DNA of 64,000 bases from a virus, in IMG/VR virus record IMGVR_UViG_3300025617_000009, positions 1 through 64,000 of that record. The stretch is one strand, 5' to 3'. Both the position numbers and the translations under genes were made by a program. The notes beneath the pieces are model-generated. The model saw nothing but the letters and a program-made list of their open reading frames with translations. It searched no databases and was not told the DNA's origin. Positions 58,301 to 64,000 of the stretch are shown here, in pieces (the first letter of the stretch is position 1; each line of letters starts with the position of its first letter).

Positions 58301-61300
58301 CGCTACCGTTAATAGTAATATTAGAGCCAGATACAGCAGTATATGTTCCGACGTCGCCGGCGGCAGTGCCTGTAAACGTAGAACTAGCAATGCTTCCGTT
58401 TGTTCCTATTGCTGTTACAGTTACTTCAATATCGTTAGTAGGACTAGCTCCTCCTACAGATGTACCTGGAATAATAACAGTCTGTCCAACGCCATAATTA
58501 ATACCTACATCTGCTTCAGTAACACTATAAACACCGTTAACAATATCAACATCCCATGTTGCGCCCGAACCTACGATATTATCTGCTGTTAATCCTAAAC
58601 CATTTACTACATCTCTATTAGCTGCTGTACCTGCAATAGAAAATGTTAGTATTTCTCCGTTTACATCTACAGTATTAACAGTAATTGTTAGATTATTAGT
58701 TCCATCATCGCCGCCAAGTTCACTACCTAATATAGTAATAGTATTAGTAGGAGCATAATCTACACCAGCAGCAAACAATGTTACAGAATATACATCAGCA
58801 TTTTTATCTATGTTAAACGATGCGCCTGTTCCAATACCATTAGTAGTACTTTGAGTTACAGCACTATAACTTTCAACAACATCTGGCGCAGTTCCTGTAA
58901 ATGTATATGATGTAATATATCCGCTACCATCTACACCAGTAACTGTTATAACTATATCGTTAGTTGTTACAGCACCGTTTGGTATTGTAACACCCGATAT
59001 CAATAGTTTATCGTTTTCTACATAGCCTGACATAGTTGGTAATGCCGTCCCCGAACCAGATATTGTAGAAATAGTACCCAACAATGTTGTTTCTGATCCA
59101 GCAGTTATTGCTGTTATATCTACGGTGAGGTCATTAGTTGGAGAAGATCCTCCTATTTGATCACCGGTGATCAAAATAGTCTGATCAGATGCATAGTTAG
59201 TGCCTGCATTATTAACTGTTACAACATATGAAGATGCTGATACTTCTACGTCAAATGTTGCGCCTGATCCTACAATGTTTGACGTTGATAAACTTTCCCT
59301 AGTTTCTTCGTCAACAGCAGTGCCTGAAACATTTACTGTTAATATTTCTCCGCCTACGTCAACAGATGAAATTGTGATAGTTACATCATTGGCAGGAGTA
59401 GCTCCACCTAATAAATCACCTGTAACTACTTTAGAATCACCATTGGTATAACCACTACCTGCGTTTGTAATATTTACTAGGTAGTTTTGATTATCTGTTG
59501 TAATATCAAATTGTGCATTAGTGCCAGTGCCTGTATCAAAGTCTAATCCGCCATATAATCTACTAGTACTAGGTGCACCTGATGAATCATATGTAAATGT
59601 TGTTATTGCGCCGGTACCATCTACTCCTGTAACTTTAATATAGAGATCGTTAGCAGGAGTAGTTCCTCCTAGATTACTACCAGTTATTTGAATTATATCA
59701 TTTACTGCATATCCTGAAGTTGCCGCTCCAGAAAGTTGTACGTCACTAAATCCCGTACTAGACCATGTTACATCAAATAATACACCAGATCCGTTTCCTT
59801 GCTGTGTAGTTCCTGTGACATTTGTATACGTAGGATTGGAAGTGTCTAAACTATAAACATTGTCTTCCCAAGTAACATCAAAACTTGCACCTGCGCCATT
59901 ACCATGCTGATAGTTGCCTTCTATACTGGTGTACGAAGCATTACCGTCAAATGCTGCGCCAGCAATAGTAGCAGTAAGGATTCCTCCTGAAGAATCTACA
60001 GTCGATATTGTAATAGTTGCATCGTTGGTTGACGATAATCCGCCTAAGTCTGCTCCGTCTACAAGTATTTCTTCGCCAGCATCATAATTTGTACCTGCTT
60101 GAGTTATTGCATCTATTGTATAAGATCCACCGGCTCTGCTAATGGTAAACTCTGCGCCAGAACCAATGACTAAATCAGCAGATGCATTTACTCCGATGTA
60201 ATCTACAACATTTCCTATAATAGTCGAACTAAGTTCATCTGATAAATTTACAGTATTTCCTACTACGTTTAATACAGTAACGCCAACGCCGTCTCCGCGG
60301 TCTACTGCTAGTCCTGGCAGAATTCCTGTTACACTGTCTACATTAACAGAAGTCGATCCTGCCGGAGCATCGTTAGTAACATTCGGAGATACAACTGTTC
60401 CTCCAGCACCTACAATACCAGTTACCTGTGTACCTTGATTTATACCATTACCACTTAACGGAGAACCTATTTCTGGCACGTCATCTTCAAATGGTATAAA
60501 ATCACTTCCAATAGGAACATTTAATGCTGCTGTCATTACACCACTGCTGCCTTGACTATCAATAGTAAACTCTGGGCTACCAATAGTAGCTCCTGTATAG
60601 AAACCTGCTTTTCTAAGAACGGTAAAGTTTGTAGCCATTTCTTCACCAGAGGTTGTTCCTACTTTTGCTTTTGCTAGGTATGTGAACTCGTTCGTAGCCG
60701 GTGTACTTGTAACAATAAATGTTCCTTCTGCTCTTGCAGCACCTACAACACCTAAATCTAATGCTTTGACTACAACAGGATCGCCTTCTTCTAATGTATG
60801 AGCACCAGCAGTTGTTACTGTAATAACACTAGAACCTACGCCCTGAGATCCAATACTCGCATCCGTAGTAGCACTTGTAATATTAAGTTCTGTACCTACT
60901 ACTTCATAAGTTGAAGGATATCCACGTAGTGTGCCAATAGCACTCCACTTAGTAGGCTGTAAACCGTATTCAAAGTCAGCATCAAGCATCGACAACGGAG
61001 GTGCAACACGCATACGTTCAATGGCGTCAGTTCCAAAGTCAAATGGTCTTGTTCTTAGTTCTTTTTCGTCTATGAATATTTGAATATCGTCTGCAGCATC
61101 TTGTCCTGTTGTATCAGCAAATAGATTTACAATAGTAACAGCGTCTGTTTTATCTAAGAACTTAGGAAAATCGTCATCTTCTTCTGTGTGGTACTCTAAG
61201 AAACCTCCTAGTTCTGCTTTAGCAAAGTTGTAAATAATCTCACCACGATCAGTGTTTGTCATTAACAAGAAATCAGCGTTATTATAATTACCTATAACTT

Positions 61301-62834
61301 TAATATAACTTACACCAGTATCTTCTCGCACAGGTACAACACTTAATCCGTTTTCGATAATATTAGTTGTATCATCTAACAGTACTTCTAGTTTTGTTAC
61401 TGCTGCAGGTTCTGACGTTTTAGTTAAATCTATAACTTGTGTATTAACATTTTGTCTAGCATATAAAAATTCTGTATTTGTTAACACAAAATCTAAAATT
61501 AGTTTCTTTAAAAAAGTATGTCCTTCAACTTCTGCTAATCTGTTACCGTCTACTTGCGAAACATCACCGTCCCAGAACAAACTGATAGCATCTATAGTGT
61601 TTGTGTTTCCACCATAACGAATATCATACAAATATGCATCAATAGCATAACCGACATCTCTCTGACACTTGCTGGCATTAAATGTATAGCCTGCAAAAAT
61701 ACTATACACACTGCCGCCGTCAGCACTTACAAACGTGTGTTCACTAGTGTTTGAACTAATACCTACATCTACTGTAATAGTATTTGTACTAGTTGCTACG
61801 ATTTCTACAGGTTTGTTATAAGCATAATCAGCATCAGGTTTTCTTATTGCACCGTCAATAGCGCCTACAAATGTGTGTACGCTAGTGTCACTGCTTATAC
61901 CTACATTTACTGTAATAGTCGTTGCTGTAGTTGCTGTGATACTTACTAGAGTGTTAAACACATAATCTTTCCCGCCAGGTGCATTAGATCCTGTTGATCT
62001 TGGATATGTGTGATTAGTAGTGTTACCATCTAAAGCACAAGTAAATGTTAAACTATTTTCTACGATTCTTATATCGTCGCCTTGACTAAAATCATGGGCG
62101 CCTATAGTTAAGGTCATTACCCCAGTTGTCGGTGTGTAAACAGCATTTGTTGGAGTGTATTTTTTACCTGCTGAACTACCTGTAGCACGAGGATATGTGT
62201 GATTAGTAGCATCGTTGTCTAGCGCACAAGTAAATGTTAAACTGTCTTCTTGAATACGAATAAAATCGCCTAACTCGTAATCGTGCGCACCAATCGTTAG
62301 CTGCATTAATCCTGTAGCAGGATCATATGAAGCATCTGTAGGAGTATAAGGAACTAGGATACTGTTTGCTTTTCCACGAACAAATGTGTGAACACTTGTG
62401 TCACTGCTTATGCCTACGTTAACTGTAATAGTTGTCGATGTAGTACTGTCAACTCGAATAGGATTATTACTATAAGGATCTGTTCCTGTTTGGTTAGGAA
62501 CACCTATTGAACGAGGATATGAATGTTCTGTTGCATTGTTGTCATAGCCGCATGTAAATACTAAACTATTGCCGCTAATTCTAATGTAATCACCGACGTT
62601 AAGTGAGTGTGTCCCTATAGTGATTTCCATTACACCTGTTGTCGGTGTATAAACAGCATTTGTCGGAGTATATGTTGTACCAACATGGGCAATTTGATCA
62701 GTCAACCATTCTGTTACTTCTTTCTGCAAAAATGTTTTATTTTGCTGTAGTAAGTAATATGCATTAGGTGCTAAGTTATCTGTGTAACTAATGCCTGGAT
62801 GAAATACATAATCATAAATTCTTTTCTTTGCCAT
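55323..62834 (-). CDS. 2503-aa virion structural/fibre protein with nested repeat domains
   Basis: Thr/Gly/Val-rich; three YTPT..Y.P.TG.M repeats; KCQRDVGY.IDA motif; eight G.GA.F.V...G..Y...LGG..P.ND units. Confidence 0.8.
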   Translation of the reverse strand: MAKKRIYDYVFHPGISYTDNLAPNAYYLLQQNKTFLQKEVTEWLTDQIAHVGTTYTPTNAVYTPTTGVMEITIGTHSLNVGDYIRISGNSLVFTCGYDNNATEHSYPRSIGVPNQTGTDPYSNNPIRVDSTTSTTITVNVGISSDTSVHTFVRGKANSILVPYTPTDASYDPATGLMQLTIGAHDYELGDFIRIQEDSLTFTCALDNDATNHTYPRATGSSAGKKYTPTNAVYTPTTGVMTLTIGAHDFSQGDDIRIVENSLTFTCALDGNTTNHTYPRSTGSNAPGGKDYVFNTLVSITATTATTITVNVGISSDTSVHTFVGAIDGAIRKPDADYAYNKPVEIVATSTNTITVDVGISSNTSEHTFVSADGGSVYSIFAGYTFNASKCQRDVGYAIDAYLYDIRYGGNTNTIDAISLFWDGDVSQVDGNRLAEVEGHTFLKKLILDFVLTNTEFLYARQNVNTQVIDLTKTSEPAAVTKLEVLLDDTTNIIENGLSVVPVREDTGVSYIKVIGNYNNADFLLMTNTDRGEIIYNFAKAELGGFLEYHTEEDDDFPKFLDKTDAVTIVNLFADTTGQDAADDIQIFIDEKELRTRPFDFGTDAIERMRVAPPLSMLDADFEYGLQPTKWSAIGTLRGYPSTYEVVGTELNITSATTDASIGSQGVGSSVITVTTAGAHTLEEGDPVVVKALDLGVVGAARAEGTFIVTSTPATNEFTYLAKAKVGTTSGEEMATNFTVLRKAGFYTGATIGSPEFTIDSQGSSGVMTAALNVPIGSDFIPFEDDVPEIGSPLSGNGINQGTQVTGIVGAGGTVVSPNVTNDAPAGSTSVNVDSVTGILPGLAVDRGDGVGVTVLNVVGNTVNLSDELSSTIIGNVVDYIGVNASADLVIGSGAEFTISRAGGSYTIDAITQAGTNYDAGEEILVDGADLGGLSSTNDATITISTVDSSGGILTATIAGAAFDGNASYTSIEGNYQHGNGAGASFDVTWEDNVYSLDTSNPTYTNVTGTTQQGNGSGVLFDVTWSSTGFSDVQLSGAATSGYAVNDIIQITGSNLGGTTPANDLYIKVTGVDGTGAITTFTYDSSGAPSTSRLYGGLDFDTGTGTNAQFDITTDNQNYLVNITNAGSGYTNGDSKVVTGDLLGGATPANDVTITISSVDVGGEILTVNVSGTAVDEETRESLSTSNIVGSGATFDVEVSASSYVVTVNNAGTNYASDQTILITGDQIGGSSPTNDLTVDITAITAGSETTLLGTISTISGSGTALPTMSGYVENDKLLISGVTIPNGAVTTNDIVITVTGVDGSGYITSYTFTGTAPDVVESYSAVTQSTTNGIGTGASFNIDKNADVYSVTLFAAGVDYAPTNTITILGSELGGDDGTNNLTITVNTVDVNGEILTFSIAGTAANRDVVNGLGLTADNIVGSGATWDVDIVNGVYSVTEADVGINYGVGQTVIIPGTSVGGASPTNDIEVTVTAIGTNGSIASSTFTGTAAGDVGTYTAVSGSNITINGSGATFNVTRDSGSYTSVTLVSTGVSYETGNRLIISGNDLGGVDGVNDILITVTDVDSAGSIVTFTDSGTAVAGAALDFISSVTLSESTVGGITNGDTISFSALATILVTFETAHGLIPGSGFNVVINSDDGVNNHNLANGPYIATSVPDALTLTYQARAPGAIDDNDVIAGNIYPKPDSFFIHRPYDGGVQLGTGGPQHGAQAIRQSKKYIRYQSGKGIMYTTGALFAPSYDILSISADNVEIGSTITVTTDENDHGLQVGGQIRIIGVETPGYNHDYTVTDIVNERTFRVTAQYRLGSTDPVIGFGAQISTVAWNGATVRSGIFDDQNGIFWEYDGTYLSVVQRTSTKQLAGTIAIDSDSSLVTGTGTRFRDQVKAGDRIVIKGMTHVISGVTSQTEMTVTPDFRGVVNISGAKACLITDKKIRQQDFNLDRLDGTGASKYNIDPAKMQMIGIQYSWYGAGFIDFMVRGADGNFVYAHRIRNSNVNTEAYMRSGNLPVRYEVTNEGANDRLSADMTPSQDFIPLQDASFFPPSGGTVYIDNELISFTGVDIDNNRLTGCTRSANLTNFNAGAQRSYTAGSAASHSNRTGVVLVSNTITPLISHWGSSFITDGNFDEDRGYIFSYTEQSIPVSTIKQTAFLLRLAPSVSNAITGDLGERELLNRAQLLIQGIEISSDGVDPANSNAPITGGIVVEGVLNPQNYPDNPANIVWSGLSSEAQGGQPSFAQIAAGGSVQWSTGQSAVQANITAQSAITGTATTSFFMNANNADYIYMTRDSVNNIGLEAGDSLVSAAGGATFPAGTTVRRIENSWQNNYIVRLNQRFSGRIQDSETITFSRGGDLVGRNFMLATAASLTASGASVGTDVVATTAGNFPANTKIQSISEEEFAGTIYYRIIFNNSYNGTLVAGTGTITVEFVEPPYAQPGETVFSFIATPGERANLNLDTLKELTNTTLGGRGTFPNGPDVLAINVYKTSGADTTSNIILRWGEAQA
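58130..60170 (-). repeat. Eight ~85-aa beta-domain repeats
   Basis: Recurring G.GA.F.(V/I)...G..Y...I.G..(L/I)GG..P.ND.TITV..VD. Confidence 0.75.
61700..62675 (-). repeat. Three ~110-aa domain repeats, partly conserved at DNA level
   Basis: For example gtcggtgt.taaacagcatttgt.ggagt.ta near 62128 and 62641; gtgtcactgcttat.cctac near 61886 and 62398. Confidence 0.8.
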
Positions 62835-62836
62835 TA

Positions 62837-63907
62837 TTATAATCCAAATGCTATCGAGAACGCAATATCTTGCGTGTCTACATAATCTTTATTTGTTATA
62901 TCGTTGTTGTCTACAGGTTCACTAGACACTGTTGCACTGGTAAAACTAGCAGTGCTAGGTGTAGTTAATCCTATTGTAGTGTTATTTATTGAACTATTAG
63001 TAATGTCCATATTTTCTGCACTACTATTTCTAATATCTAATATAAGGCCTTGAGCATCAATAGTACCAATCTGAGAACTACCTATTTGTATAGATATTTC
63101 ATTATCAGCATTAAATGCTAGATCAGTTGTCGATACAATACTAAATGTTTCTACTTCGTCTGCTGAAACAGAGTCTGCTCTTAAATAATCACCTACAGTT
63201 AAAGAGCCTGCTAGACTCATAGAGCCCTGTGATGTAATCGAGCCTTGTGCTGTTATCGAGCCTTGTGTTTCAATAGCACCTTGCGAAGTAATACTTCCAC
63301 CGATGTTTACGTCTTTTGCAATGCCTGCGCCGCCAGCAAGAACAAATCCGCCCGTAGTTGTACTTGAACTTTCTGTAGTACTAGATAAACTTAGATTGTT
63401 TAACAGTGATGTTCCTGTAACAGTTAACTGTTCAAAAATACCCACTCCGACTACAGTAGGAAGAGTTACTGTAATAATACCCGAAGATGTAAATGTTCCG
63501 TTAGCATAAAACAATCTATCAGGAGCATCTACTGGTACTTTAAATGTTAATGTACCTTGACGCTTTCCTTGAGCACTAGCTCCGTCAAATACATCACCGC
63601 CTATGTCTACAAACTGTAGTCCATTACTATATAACACACCAGGACGTTCGTAGATATTAAAATCTGCATTGCTGTCTAGTGTAAGCGTAAACTGATATGT
63701 TTCACCTTTAATTATTGTTATTCCAGGATTTCCAGTCTCATCATTGATAATAAATGTTGTACCTGAGTTAGTTACAACAAAGTTACTGGTGTCTGCTTGA
63801 CTTGCAAGCGAAATAGATTTAGCAGCAATATTACCTTCGTCATCCACAGTAAAGCCTGGACTTTTAAATCCATGCTCTGCGCTTAACGGTTTATAGTTTA
63901 CTGCCAT
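62837..63907 (-). CDS. Fibre-like structural protein with a degenerate cupredoxin-like domain
   Basis: GETYQF...GTLTFKVPVDAPDRLFY; STTTGG.VLAGGAGIAKDVNIGG; TNKDYVD. Confidence 0.65.
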   Translation of the reverse strand: MAVNYKPLSAEHGFKSPGFTVDDEGNIAAKSISLASQADTSNFVVTNSGTTFIINDETGNPGITIIKGETYQFTLTLDSNADFNIYERPGVLYSNGLQFVDIGGDVFDGASAQGKRQGTLTFKVPVDAPDRLFYANGTFTSSGIITVTLPTVVGVGIFEQLTVTGTSLLNNLSLSSTTESSSTTTGGFVLAGGAGIAKDVNIGGSITSQGAIETQGSITAQGSITSQGSMSLAGSLTVGDYLRADSVSADEVETFSIVSTTDLAFNADNEISIQIGSSQIGTIDAQGLILDIRNSSAENMDITNSSINNTTIGLTTPSTASFTSATVSSEPVDNNDITNKDYVDTQDIAFSIAFGL

Positions 63908-63927
63908 TAATAACTCCTATATTGTAT

Positions 63928-64000
63928 TTATGACACTATGATTTGTCCGGTCATTGCACTGTGAAACTGACAGATATAATAGTAAGTACCAGGTGTACTA
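63928..64000 (-). CDS. 3' end of a gene with a plastocyanin/cupredoxin-like C-terminus (partial)
   Basis: Reads ...STPGTYYYICQFHSAMTGQIIVS*, with the Cys-x2-His-x2-Met copper-ligand loop. Confidence 0.7.
   Translation of the reverse strand, partial: STPGTYYYICQFHSAMTGQIIVS

Noticed and set aside
61700-62675. Repeated DNA segments as a possible CRISPR array
   Set aside because: Repeats are degenerate, in frame and coding, without a regular repeat-spacer period; no cas genes
138-63509. Many short ORFs in the track that lie antisense to, or out of frame within, long genes (for example 757-1005, 9693-10070, 17887-18447, 48425-48907, 52086-52418)
   Set aside because: Shadows of real genes with no recognisable motifs or RBS, expected from codon bias
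1-64000. Stop-codon reassignment, as in some large phages
   Set aside because: Core genes are full length under the standard code and TAA, TAG and TGA all end genes

Overview
A 64 kb fragment of a large, AT-rich, lytic-type myovirus genome of the broad T4 superfamily, distant from T4 itself. It uses the standard genetic code, is densely coded and lies mostly on the minus strand. From left to right it contains: (1) an array of five modular putative fibre/adhesin genes (1-9004); (2) a replication block with gp41-like helicase, a half carbamoyltransferase plus a 40-aa peptide, primase, a 188-aa miniature DnaE-like protein, gp62-like clamp-loader subunit, preQ0 transporter, a HINT-like protein and UvsW (9059-20798); (3) an 11-gene glycan biosynthesis/modification cluster (20806-28829); (4) UvsY, RecA/UvsX and gp32 SSB; (5) acidic putative head-internal proteins around TerL, a TerS candidate and gp4; (6) an S8 protease, fibre, tail tube, sheath and neck genes; (7) NUDIX and ADP-heptose genes; (8) a 2503-aa virion protein with nested repeats. 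The most notable signals are the mini C-family polymerase with a possible overprinted gene, a probable late-expressed virion-glycosylation system (including a plant-type DUF579 methyltransferase), an intelectin-like lectin on a shared-anchor fibre family, and systematic leaderless gene starts behind TAAATA and sigma70 promoters. All family calls come from motif recognition by eye; no searches were run. No tRNA, rRNA, CRISPR array or integrase was recognised.
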